Positions 12,573 through 24,545 of a stretch of DNA of 64,000 nucleotides are shown here, piece by piece. The notes beneath the pieces are model-generated. The model made no database searches. It had not been told where the DNA came from and saw only the letters and a list, made by a program, of their open reading frames with translations. This stretch comes from Pseudogymnoascus verrucosus (taxonomy: Eukaryota). The stretch's first letter is position 1; every line of letters starts with the position of its first letter. The translations under genes were made by a program, and so were the position numbers. The stretch is taken from NCBI GenBank assembly GCA_001662655.1, contig KV460222.1. One strand, written 5' to 3'.

Positions 12573-14826
12573 ATGCCTGAGATTGTGCGCACGCGCAAGT
12601 CGCGCTACCGCGACGACGACTACTCCGACGACGAGCGCTCCTACAAAACAACCGTGCATCGCTATCGCGTCGCACGCTCTCCCTCCCCGCAATCCGACTA
12701 CGAGCGCCCGCGCATCGAAGTCACCCACGACACGCGCGTCGAGCGCTTTGAGCGCGATCGCGATTCCAACTACGGGCGGGACGAGCCGGCGCGTAGCCGG
12801 ACACTGGTGTATGAACGGGAGCGGGAACGCGAACAGCCCCTCCGACCGTGGGAGCGCGAACAGACCTGGGAGAGAGAGGAGGACGTGCGCGTCATTGAGC
12901 GCAGCGGCGGGCCGGGCTACGACCTCGTCACCCGCGAGACTGAGTACTATGGACGACCCGATGTGGCGGCTCCACTGGTGATTAGACACAAGCAGCCCGA
13001 GCCACAGCGCATCATTGTTGAGGCTCCTCCCGCACCACAGCCAGTCGTGATCCACCGCGACCGTGAGCGCGAACCGCGCAGAGAAGAAGACGTCTACTAC
13101 CGCCGACACGAGGTCCGTGACACCGGCCATCCAGAGGAAGACTACGTCTCCGAGCGCAAAGTGATTCGCCGCCGCGGCTCCGGCAGCTCCGGCGAGTGGA
13201 GCAACGAAGAGAAAGTCGTACGCCGCACCACTCGCCGTTCCCGCTCCCGTTCCCACAGCCCGCACCATAAACTGCACCTCGCCGAAGGTGCCGCTGCTGG
13301 CGCCGCAGCTGCAGCACTCATCTCGCGCCGGCGCTCCAAATCCGGCGTCCGCCAGAACAAAGCCGCCAACCTCGCTTCCGGCGCCGCTCTCGGCGCAATC
13401 GGTGCCCAGCTCGCCACTCGCGCACACAGCCACTACGGACACCGTCGGCGGTCACGCTCACACTCCCGCCATCGCCGCTCGCCCAGCCCAGAGCACTCGA
13501 AACTTAAAATGGGCCTCGGTGCCGCCGCACTAAGCGTCGCCGCCCTCGCAGCAGGGAAATACTTCAAAGACCGCCACGACACCAAGCGCGCAGAGGAAGG
13601 CCGCGGTCGCAGCCGCACGCGCAGCCCCAGCCGAGCAGGCCGCGCCTCAAGCGAGGGGCGACACTCCGATCCGAAGAAGCGGCGACAGAGCATTGCGAAG
13701 GCCGGCGCGGCGGGTGCAGCAGCGCTAGCGATCGCGCAGGCTGTGCGGGCGCGCTCTAAATCCCGCAAGGGCGAGCGCACGAGGAGTAAATCCCGGATCC
13801 GGACGGGAGCGGAGCTCGCGGCTGCGGGACTGGCGACAGCAGCTGCCGCGGGGTTGTATGAGCGGCGCAAGGCGAAGCAGGAGGGCGAGAGGGGCGTATC
13901 GAGGAGTCTGAGCCGTAGTAAGAGTCGTAGTCGCAGCCGCGGCGGGAGGAGGAGGCTTGATGATGATTATGAGCGTCCCGGGTTGGTGGAGTACGGCGCG
14001 CAGCCGCTACACAGCCGCGGGTTAGAGAGAGGGTATGCGGATCAACGTTTCCTTACTGGTCATCGTGAAGAACATCCTAGTTCTGTTCTTGGGATTACCG
14101 CGCCCGTGCCAAGGGTGCGGGGGACGGATTTCGGGAGAAGATCTGAGTTTGATGATGCTAATACCCGTAGCAGGGGTTTGAGTCGAAGCCCGAGCCGAAG
14201 CAGGAGCCGAAGCAGGAGTAGGAGTCGCGCGAGGGATGTGCTCGGTGGGGCGGCGGCGGCGACGGCCGCGGCGGTGGGGGTGAGGAAGTATAAGGCGAGG
14301 AGGAAGAGGAGGGAGGAGGAGGCTGCGAGGGAGAGACGTGCGTATACCCCTGACATAACACTTTATTCCACCCATCTACCTACCCCGCCTATTTCCCCAC
14401 CAACCCCCTTTACATCCGCACACACCAACTGACACCCACCCCCTAGATTACTCCTCAGACTCCTACCCCTCCTCCCGCCGCTCAGCCGACTACTCCCCCT
14501 CCCCCCCCCACGCCTCCGGCGGCGCCTACTACCCCAACCACTCCACCCAACCGCCCTCCCACCCCTACCCCACCACCCCAGACCCACACCCCTACCCCGA
14601 CGCAAACCACTACGGCGCGCACCCCGATCCCAACGCTCCCACCGCGTTTCCACCACCCCCTGTCCCGCCATCGGGTGCGTACCATGCCCCGCCGAATGGG
14701 GGGTATGAGGCGCATTCTACGCATTCGGGACCAGCGCCGGGGGGATCAGCGGGGCCGGGTCATGTTAATCCGGATTATTATGGGGAGACGGCGGGGGATG
14801 CGGGGGAGAGGGTTGAGAGGGTTTAG
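12573..14826 (+). CDS. Arg/Ser-rich fungal protein of DUF3824 type
   Basis: RSRS tracts alternating with GAAAGAAAA helices; intron 14338-14446; Pro/Tyr-rich exon 2 reads in frame to TAG at 14824-14826. Confidence 0.8.
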
Positions 14827-15384
14827 TGGTTGGTGAGATGAGATGAAATACGTTTAAGGGGTTGTATCGGGCGTTCTTGTTTTTTTTGGTTGGTCGGGGC
14901 GGGGGGGTGTCATGTGATGGGGTTTTCGTATTTATTTATGGGAGGTTTTTCTGATTTTGTTTTTGTATTGTTTTTGGCTTTAGTACTGCGATTTCGTTTT
15001 GTGTAATGGTGGGAGTGGTTGGAAGATGGGGAGGGGGGAAGAAACGGACTTATGATGAGATGATGATGATTATATGGATATGCATAATAGATATATTATT
15101 CCGCATGCATATGAGTGATATCAGTGCGTACACATCCATCCAAATCTGAAACCACCCTCTTCTCCGACCAGGCCATCCAGACAGACTAACCAACTCCCAA
15201 CGCGCGCCAAAAGAAAAAGATAAAGATGAGCACTGGTGAGCGTAGGTAAATGTATCTAAACGCAATGTTCGCCTCTATCGTGCAAAATCAGTAACAGGGA
15301 ATCGATAGAACTATTATATTACGTACGTGCTGATCCCACCTTCATCCGCCATAAACTCCGTAATCCCCTCGAAAACTTAAACCC

Positions 15385-15882
15385 CTAGTGATATTGCTGT
15401 CTTTCCAAAACCAGCAGGCTCAACTTGTCATTCTCGTCACTATAAAGTTTCGCCTTATAGAGCTTGTCGAGTTCCTCATATGCTCTATCTCGCAGCAGGC
15501 GAGCAGTATCTCGTTGCTTGCGAACGGCATCTCGTTCCCCCAGAGCTTCATTTCGTTGCCTCCAATAGTCATCGCGTTCGTCCCAATACTTGTCTCGGTC
15601 CTTGAGTGCCTCGTCCCGTTCCTCATGAGCTACATCCCGTTTCTTGAGAGCCTCGTCTAGTTCCTTGCGCAGTTTTATAGATATGTCTCTCTGTTCGTCA
15701 TGCTTAAGCTTTGGCTCCGTCACATAGGATTCTCCCCCTGAATTCCCGAAGCACGCTCTCCAGCTGAGCTTTACTATGTGCCAGAAGAAGTTGGCTAGGA
15801 TTCCGGCCATGGCGATGATAATTGCGTCCCTTGTGCCAATGTCCGTGGGCAGTACTGTGATGTCTGCGTATAGTTCGACCAT
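15385..15882 (-). CDS. Orphan 165-aa protein: one hydrophobic segment plus heptad-like coiled coil
   Basis: AIIIAMAGILANFFW, then repeated (E/Q)RD-x4 heptads; intronless; TATA-like sequence upstream. Confidence 0.6.
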   Translation of the reverse strand: MVELYADITVLPTDIGTRDAIIIAMAGILANFFWHIVKLSWRACFGNSGGESYVTEPKLKHDEQRDISIKLRKELDEALKKRDVAHEERDEALKDRDKYWDERDDYWRQRNEALGERDAVRKQRDTARLLRDRAYEELDKLYKAKLYSDENDKLSLLVLERQQYH

Positions 15883-16002
15883 CCTGGCTATTGCTCCTGA
15901 ATTTTGTATGGCTTTTTATTGTGGTTTTGGATGCTAAATAATAAAGATAGTGTGTGGAAAACTAAAGCATATATAAGCAGTATATAAGAATTTAGCGGGT
16001 GG

Positions 16003-16112
16003 AATGATAAATCGTACCTTGCGGACACTTGTCTCTAGATAGGGAGTTAAGTTCTTTCTCTCTAATGATAATTCGTACCTTACGAGCACTTGTCTCTAGG
16101 TAGGGAGCTAAG
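16003..16112 (+). repeat. Two ~49-bp direct repeats, period 61
   Basis: AATGATAA.TCGTACCTT...CACTTGTCTCTAG.TAGGGAG.TAAG at 16003 and 16064. Confidence 0.85.
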
Positions 16113-16490
16113 AGGTTTATCTGTGGTAAACTAAACTAGCCTTTAACATACCTTACCGGCGTGTACCTAAATTAGTAGCATATATAGACTAATGCATAAC
16201 TATAGAATTAACTTATAGTAGATTACCACAAAGATTAGCGTTTGAATTCCGCTTATGCATGTGGCACACGTACCCATCATCTCACCTTATAGTTCTCCTT
16301 TACAACCTCGACCTCGCCAGCCCCTTACCCACCCCCCGCCCCAGCACAGCCATCTAGGCCTGCGAAACCAGACACGCGCGCCAAAAGGAAAGAAAAAACG
16401 ACATCTCCATTTCTGTTACTAAACTTCAGGTGCAAGATATATATTTGCCTATTTGCTATTCTAGATTATTCCAAACTCATCGACATAATT

Positions 16491-18434
16491 CTACAAGATA
16501 TATCTGAATAACGGGCTACGATCACCCATCTCCGTGAGATTCCACTCCCCTTGCTCCTCAATGACAATCGCCTCTCCGCCCATCTCTTCCACAGCCGCCG
16601 CGCGCTTCTTGTTGATCCTATCTAGGATGATGACCATGAGCGTCGCGGACACACCAGACATACAAATAAAGCCTATCGAGATGCCGTAACCAAGTCTGTA
16701 TGCAGGTGCGTCCTGAGCACGGAAAATATTCGACCCGATCAAACCGCCTGTGTTTCCCAGTGCTATTTCAAACTTGTCAGTCACTGGCCCTTGCAGAGAA
16801 TAAAATAATGACGGTTGGGACGTAGGAAGAGAAGAATCAATGGAGAAGATGCACTTACAAATTTGCAACCCCATTCCAATAGCACGCTTGTACGACCCGG
16901 CAAGATTGTTAGCAAGCCAGGCGATGATACCTGGGAACGCGGGATAGAAGCCGCAGCAGGCGATGAAACAGCCAGCGTAGGTTACGCCAGAGAGGTCTCG
17001 GCGGTTGGAGGTAGCGATGGCGAGGATGAAGCCGAAAGCGGAGGCAGTGAGGCTGCCGATGACGAAGACACCACGCTTCTTGTACTTGTCGGAGAAGTGG
17101 GCCACAACGATGGTTATCGCGCATGCGGTGGCGTAGGGGGGAATAGTGAGAAGCTGAGCGATGCGAGCGGTGTAGCCCTGGTGAGAGGAACGCTGTTAGT
17201 TTTGCTAATGCTATCCCCGTTGGGTTTACGGCGTCTTGTATAGGAGAGTGAAAGGGGGACGGACCAGGTTCTTAATGATTGTGGGTAGGCCGAAAACGAT
17301 ACCATACGTGCTAGTTGAGATTCCAATGTAGATTAAAGAGCTGAGGTAAATCTACGCAAGGTTAGTAACCCAGAGTAAGGATATCTATGTGAGAGGTTGA
17401 GAGATTAGAACATACCTGCCAATCACAGAAAGCTTCTTTGATGTAGACACTCTTCTTTTGTCCCTCTTGCATGGCATTTCCTGTGCTGTTTCCGTCATAA
17501 GCAAGCTGGGCGGTAACGAAGGCAGCCTCATCTTCATCGAGCCACTTCACTCCATTCGGGGAGTCGTGGATAAAAAACCATGCCACTAGGCCACCAACTA
17601 TTGTAGCTGCCCCCTCAAGAATGAAAATCCATTGCCACCCTCCATATCCTCCAACGCCATCCATTAGTGAGATGCAGTAAGCAAGTAAACCAGAAAATGC
17701 GCCACTGTAGGAACTGTCAGCAATATTTCTTGGGCTGGACTCTGAGCGCAACAACATACGCGAGGGAGGCGGCCCCGTAAAACAGTGCTGTCCGGTACTG
17801 TGCTTCTGCTCGAGGGTACCACATCGTCACGTAGTACGAGCAAGCGGGAAAGATTCCTGCTTCGGGGATACCAAGCATGAGTCGACAAGCTAACAAGCCG
17901 GCGTAGCTGTGGACAAATCCATGGCAGACCATGACGATTCCCCATAAGACGGCAATTGTTGGGACTTGTGTTGGTTAGCATTACAGCTCTTTATATCTAA
18001 CGAGGCTGGACTTACTCCAAACCGAGGGCTTGAACTTCTTCAGAAGCATATTGGCAGGAACCTCGAAGATCACGTAGGTGACGAAGAAAACCGTAAGGCA
18101 GATATTATATTCGGCGTCATTGATATGAGCACCCTCTAAAAGCCCAGCCAGCTTTGCATTTCCGATGTTTCCTCTGTGGAAGAAACCCAGTGTCAGTGAC
18201 TATGGCCTTGCAGTGGCTCTAGGTCTGGCCTGGTTTGTCTTACCTGTCTAGATATGCGAAAAGATAGAGCAGGGTGATGATTGGGATTAGATGGTAATCC
18301 ATCTTCCGCAGCAACTTTTTCCTTCTGTCATCGTCGAACTTCTCGTACAATGCGACGATTTCAGGAGGGTACGTTGATCCGGCTGGGCTACTCTCAATGT
18401 GCTTCTCTACACATTCTTCTTTAAGATCCGACAT
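16491..18434 (-). CDS. MFS transporter, anion:cation symporter family (Dal5/Tna1-like); multi-exon
   Basis: KMDYHLIP, YLDRGNIGNAKL (spliced), RLMLGIPEAG, WYPRAEAQYR, GWQWIFILEG, C-terminal GDRSPLFRYIL. Confidence 0.92.
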
Positions 18435-18582
18435 TCTTTAATAGTGAAATTTTAGCAGATCCGAATTGATAATGTATCTTGCTCTCACAAGGAAAAAGAA
18501 TCTAAGGAGCAGGAATTATAATCAGACATGCGTGACAGGGCTTTTATATCAAATCAAGGGTCATGATAGCCTGTTCTTGTTT

Positions 18583-18597
18583 TGCGGGGACCCCGCA
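18583..18597. promoter_or_regulatory. Palindromic pair of SYGGRG (CreA/Mig1-type) sites upstream of the MFS gene
   Basis: TTTGCGGGGACCCCGCAAA; further SYGGRG matches within 300 bp. Confidence 0.4.
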
Positions 18598-19381
18598 AAA
18601 CACCTTGGATTCCGCTGTGGAGACCAATTGGCATGACAGCCCGTCTCCAATGCGTCCATCTCTAGTTTGCGGGGTTCCAAGGGCCACTTAGATGTTTGTG
18701 TGGGTTTTTTGAGGAAGCAGAGGTAAACATTATTTCGAGGCCTTCTTTCTCTTCCACCGGAGGTCATCCGGTGGAGGACGAGAGGTCCTCCTGTCCAACC
18801 ATTTCCCCGCGCTTCCGCCGAAAGTCTCTAGCCCCACCCGTTCCGCCTGTTTCCCTAGCCACCTCCCCCGCGCGAGTAATTGCCGGTTGACACATCCAGT
18901 TACCGCGAATTGCCTCCACAGTCTGATCACAACTGAAGATTCATACTAGATATTTATACTGAGATGATTTATCTCTTGATCTCCGTGTCTAAAAATAGCT
19001 GGCTCATTAATTGGAGCTCTGAGTGACGGAGCGCCTTGTTTTAATTTATAGTTACTGTAAACACGACCTTTGTACATAGTAACTAAGCGTCTCTACATTA
19101 ATCACAATTTCTATAAACAACATATTTCAGAACAGTGATTAGGAATCTATATTTGAATTACAGTTGCTGTAAAGACTACGTTTATCGGTGATTGATAAAC
19201 AGCTAACTGAGAGGTGGGTGGGTTAATGATACTAAAGGTATGGTCGGAGTTCGGTGTTTGAAGATCTCAGCGAGGCGAGAGATGACAAGATTGTAAGGAT
19301 CTTGCCGATGAAGCGTCATAATAGAGAGTAATTATTTTCCATCTCAAGAGGTTATTTAATACAAATAGAATTTCAAACCCC

Positions 19382-22376
19382 TCATGTAATTCTATTCAGA
19401 CCCCAAAGCCATGGGGGTCCAGGTTCCGTGAAATTATGGAGGCTAGTAGCTCCAATGTTCCTTGCAGAGGCCGCTCCTCCATGGAAAGCCAACTGTGAAG
19501 CTCGAGATTCTTCAGAGGCCTCACGCAGTTCGGCAGCTGCAGGTAACCCAGCTGAGCTTGCGTCTGCTGGTCCCGAAAGGCCGTCCTGCGGCCGATGTTC
19601 GGTGGGATGTTGTAGATCACTGGTCGCCATAGAATGCATCCAGGCAGGGTCGAGCCGCTCTAAAGGCGCAAAATCATACATAACTGTAGGAGTAAGTATG
19701 TATCGACGAGGGGTGATTTTCCTTGAACTAACCTTTCTCTAAGGCACCGAACGCGTTGTTAAATCCATCATCTAGCTCAGCACCTAGGTCGCTGTAGTTT
19801 TGACTGTAATCAACACCATCACATGAAATAGCAGACGTAGATCCCTCATATGTAGGATGTAAAAGAGGAAGATCATTAGTATTTGTAGATCCTGGCACAG
19901 AATAGGTCGCCGTTTCAGGTGGACCCGCTTCAAGCTCCAAAGAACTATTGTTCTCGCCCATTGCGCCTGGGGTCAGTCGGGACTCTCCTGACGGCCGCTG
20001 TCCATATGGTAAAGTCTGATTTGTATATAGTTGGCCATTGCGTGAAGTGACATCCCCTAAGAGCCTGCCGCCGGAAGGTGATAAGATTGGAGTCGATTCA
20101 CCCGTCGCGAACATATGCCTCGAGTTGAACCCCATGCTCTCTTCATAGTTATTTCGCGATTGTTGATGCTCGGTAGGTTGTAACATCATGTCAAGCTCTC
20201 GCTTGATCGCAACTTTCATGAGCTCTTCCAAGATGGTGTGGCTCTGTACGGCTATTGGTGTATGGCTCGATAGACTTTTTTGCATTTGGATGATCCTTAC
20301 AACTCCAGCTTTGGCGTTGTGTGCAAGATAGCTAAAAGGGCTCATAGTCGCCGGGATGCATAAAATGACCCCGGCAGTGAACATATGCATACACATAAGT
20401 GCAAAGGGCATGTCGTACTCAAACTTATGGGCAGGCGTGCGAGAAATTCGCATCGCTGCGTCCATACAAGTGTTAAACGAGTAGGCAAATGGGTCGTCAC
20501 TGGCTACCTCTGGTGAACTTCCTTCCTTGTGAGAAGACATTTTGTATTCAAGTAGTGGACGGTGTAATAAGATCAAAATGTTGTCGTAAGAGACTTGCAA
20601 GGTGATTACTTGCAAGATCATATGGCGCTTGAGGGTCTCTTGAGATGCAGGAATCGCTGCTTCAGACCCTTGTAGCCCATCAAAGGGATCTCCTTGCATG
20701 TCTTTCCATTCGGCGTATTTGAGAAAAGTTGGTAGACTATCGTACCAGTTTCGTAATAGCTTGTCGAGTCCGCGAATGGTGTTCACCAGTTTCACGATGC
20801 CCTTTGCGGTCGAAACCCCCCTTCGACCACGCAAAGTGTAAATCTTGTTGACAATTTGAGCCTTCATGTCATACAGACGGTATTTTTCAGTATGAAAAGT
20901 GTGCCTCGATATTGGTTTACCATCGTTCAACCGCTCAACGCACCTTCGAAGCGGCATCGGTATTTGTGAATCGTCACACTCGTCTGGGAATGAAATGTCG
21001 CAAAATGCCCTGTCGATGGTGGATGGTCGACCATATATTGCAGCTGCAAAGGTGTCAGATATAAAAGTATGTGCCCAAGCCCTTTTCCGGGTCTGTAATG
21101 CAATATTGCTCCCGCGCCAGTCAACTTCGCGATGCATAGCCAGGGCATAAGAACATTTAACAGCTAAGCCAAGAATTGGCCATGACAAGTTTGGCTTTCC
21201 GTGATATATATAGAATGTGCCTAGAAGAACGCAGATTTGTACAACCTCAACCTGGCATCGCTCGAGACTGTCGAATAAACGAGATCGCACGTGCTGAATC
21301 ATGCTTTGAGTTAGGGTGTGAAGGTTAATAGAGTGCTTCTCAATAAGTGCTCTAAACTTCCAATTGGGGTTCTTGGCAGCATACTGCGCACCATATGCTA
21401 GTACCATCATAAGCAAGGTTGTGAATTCTGCATCTTCGGCTGTGCGGTCGGAAGAGGCCTTCTCCATGAAGCGTCTAGCTTGCTCCCGAAAGGAGCTCTC
21501 GTGAAGAATAAACATAAACCAATGAACGGCATCAAAGTATGTGTCAAGCAAAGCCTCTACCACCACGGCTGGAGGCAATTCGGCGGTCTCAGTAATCGAC
21601 TCCTGGAATCCGACATTGTCAGGAGAAGGTTGGCTTGCCCCACCTGGCAGGGCTGAGGTTAAGGAGTGATGCTGAGAGTCGTTGAAATCGAAAACCTGTA
21701 GAAGTTTAAAACAAAACATGTCTACTAGTATAGTATACACTTACTTCTCTTGTAAGTCCAATTGTAGAACTATCCCCGGTGAAGCCATTTCGTGTTGTAG
21801 GAGCTTCTGAATGACGAGATGATAGTCTTGGGGTGTCGTCCTGCGATCTAGGGGAGGTAGTAGGCTGCAAGCCTCCACGTCGATGTTGGTAATCCTGTGG
21901 ACGGCTTTCAACATTGCAATCAGCAGATCCTCTTTCATGCGGTAGTGCTTCTTCGGTCATCGGGCCATCCGTGTCAGAGGTAGCTTCGGAAGGAGCATCC
22001 GACGTAGCTGATGTTGTAACCAGCCGAGGACTTGGAGTTTCATTGTTCATCTCACGAGATAGTGGAATTTCATAGTTTGCAATGAGGCTTCTTCGGTTTG
22101 GGTGAGACTTCGTTCGCGCGATTCGGCCTCGCCCAAGTCCTAATGGTTTACTCCCATGAGTGCTATTACTCGTACACTCAATGCCACTCCTTGCACAAAG
22201 TGTACAAGGGCGCTCTACATCACACTACAAAGGAAAGAGTCGTTAGCTACGTATTTCAGATACGAATTGCTATATCAAGAAGAGGTTGTGAGTAAATGAC
22301 GGACCTTCAGTTTCTGCTTTCTGCAACGGTCACATGCCTTCCCCACCTTAGAGGCAGACCTAGCTCTACCTGCCAT
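19382..22376 (-). CDS. Zn(II)2Cys6 transcription factor with fungal-specific TF domain; 4 exons
   Basis: CDRCRKQKLK|CDVERPCTLCARSGIEC across intron 22225-22304; introns 21696-21744 and 19684-19732 keep frame; YFDAVHW, RKRAW, YGRP motifs. Confidence 0.92.
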
Positions 22377-23904
22377 GGCAAGGGCCAAATATGCAGCGGC
22401 ACAATGCCTTCGCCGTCTTGTCAAATTGTTTATGCTCTCGCGATCCGGTGGACGATGATGTAAATTGAGGATTGACAATAACTCCCGGTAGCCGGTTTAT
22501 GTCCTGTTCTCCGAAAACGGGGTCATCCCGTTGATTGGTCATTAGACAGCCCGTAGCTGGGTTTAGGACTTGGCTTCAACCACTCGGAATGGGTCACTCC
22601 CCAGCTGCACAGACATCATCATGCACCCCGCATCATTTTTTCCACCGGAGCAAACTTCGTTCTCATATTGACTACACCATTGGAGATAGATACGCAGATT
22701 CCCCATGGGGGAGGGGAAATCCGCTTTTTCGCCAATGCTCGTTAGTTTTACCCAACCCCGCGACAGAATTTGAATAACTCCCGTCCTCCATTTTGATCAA
22801 GAACCCACATTTAGTGCTTGGGGATACAATCGGGCTCCACCCTTCCCCTCCTTCCCCTCTTTCCCCTCCTTTCCCCTCCCTTTCCACATCAAGTCATATG
22901 CATACAGACCCTCAAACCACAATCATGATCACGACTCGACCATAAGTTGTGGTTGTAGATAATCTGCGCCATCTAGGTCTGCGGCTGTGGCTATATTGGA
23001 GGAGGCGAGGTATGGCGTAAATGGTGTTGGTTGAGGCGTATGTACGGCGCGTAATCGCGACCGGATGAGGAGGTGGGGGAATCAAAAGTTGGGTTTACGC
23101 GCGCGGTCAGATCTGCGAGTTCGAAACGGAGGACGTCGGTCTAGGTAAGCTGGATGTTTGCTGAGGAGAAGAGCGATGTGAGATGTTGTTGGATCGACGG
23201 CGCTTATGTTAATGTTATACTATGATACACTATCTGTACACCCCCACCAACACCGATGGTCTCCGTCTCAACCCAAAACTCAGATAATTTAACTAACCAC
23301 GGTCGCCCGCTGCTGGGGACGAGGGCGAGGGCGAGGGCAAGCGCTGTTTTGCGCTTTTGTGTGTGGGAGCAGCGGCGTCAACGGTCTTTGGTGGAGGGAT
23401 AGCGCGGGCAGGCCAGGCGGTTTTTAGTACTATATCGATGGTTTAAAGTGCTGTTGGGTACGCGGCGTGGTGTTTTCGATGGCCGCTGAATCTGGCCACA
23501 GGCGCTGGGTGCTCCGTATTGAAGCCTGGGTTATCATGAGATGGGCTTGAGATGTTGGGTTTCGTGGGATGGAGTATCATGTTGCGCAGCGCGAAGTGTT
23601 GGAGATCGTAGCTTCGACGTAGGTTGGGATGGGTATAAGAACTCTCAAATGTCGCAGCTGTAGAGTTATATCAAATTAGTAATCCAGTCACTTCGAAACC
23701 ATCTACCATTATCAACATATCCAAGAGCTCTACTTTGCTCCATCGGCTACTCTTCGACTCTCATTTCTCATCCAAACATTCATCGTGCTTCTTGTCTCGA
23801 GTCACCAACTACTACTCATATATCCGCAACCTTAATGTGCGTTCCCTCTCCCCAAACTATAACTATCCCACACTCTTCCTAACCCCCTCTTCCAGACTAC
23901 CACC

Positions 23905-24306
23905 ATGGCCTCCTTCATGAAAGCCCCGCCCCTCTCACTCACCCCCGACCCACCCTTCCCCGCCAGCACCACCGGCTGCTGGCGACTCGGCGGCGAACTC
24001 TACCACGAGTTCGGCCGCTACGAACGCGTTCTCACGGACCTCCTGCGCGCGCGAGCCCAGATAACTCCCAAGGTCCAAGAAAAACTGGCTGATATCGAGG
24101 CGAAGGGAGGGCCGGGTACCGAAGCCGGACGCAAGGCGCAGCTCGAGAATGCCTCGCTGTTTGTCAAGAATTATAGGGTTAATGACAAATTGGCGGAGTA
24201 TGGGAGGTTGAGAGATCGGTTGAGGGCGCTGTCGATGCATATGCGGACGAAGGGGATGGTGAGGCGTGGGGGGAATGATCTGAATACATTTCCGCTTGAA
24301 TTGTGA
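23905..24306 (+). CDS. Hypothetical 133-aa helical protein
   Basis: CACCATGG start context, GC-rich third positions, protein-like composition; no family recognised. Confidence 0.55.
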   Translation: MASFMKAPPLSLTPDPPFPASTTGCWRLGGELYHEFGRYERVLTDLLRARAQITPKVQEKLADIEAKGGPGTEAGRKAQLENASLFVKNYRVNDKLAEYGRLRDRLRALSMHMRTKGMVRRGGNDLNTFPLEL

Positions 24307-24545
24307 GGGGGGAGGGACTGGGCTGGATCGGTTTGTGGGTGTGGGGAGTTGGTTTTGCTGGTTTGGAGTTTGTCGCCTTCCTTTGGTATGGTGAGGGCAT
24401 GGCGCCGACTGGATCGGTTTGCAGTTGCTCGGGTCTGTTTGCATTTGTTTAGACTCTTTCGGTTCCGGTTTTGGTTTTGGAGCTCCATTTGTTTCGAATA
24501 GCTTGTAAATGGTCGCGTTGTACAAACTGAATATGTGGACTTCTC

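Noticed and set aside
12534..13442. Long antisense or alternate-frame ORFs (also 9071-9712, 29979-30716, 41970-43028)
   Set aside because: Shadows of GC-rich real genes with no recognisable domains
22840..22886. CCTTCCCC repeats as another motif cluster
   Set aside because: Pure pyrimidine microsatellite lacking the TCG half of the motif
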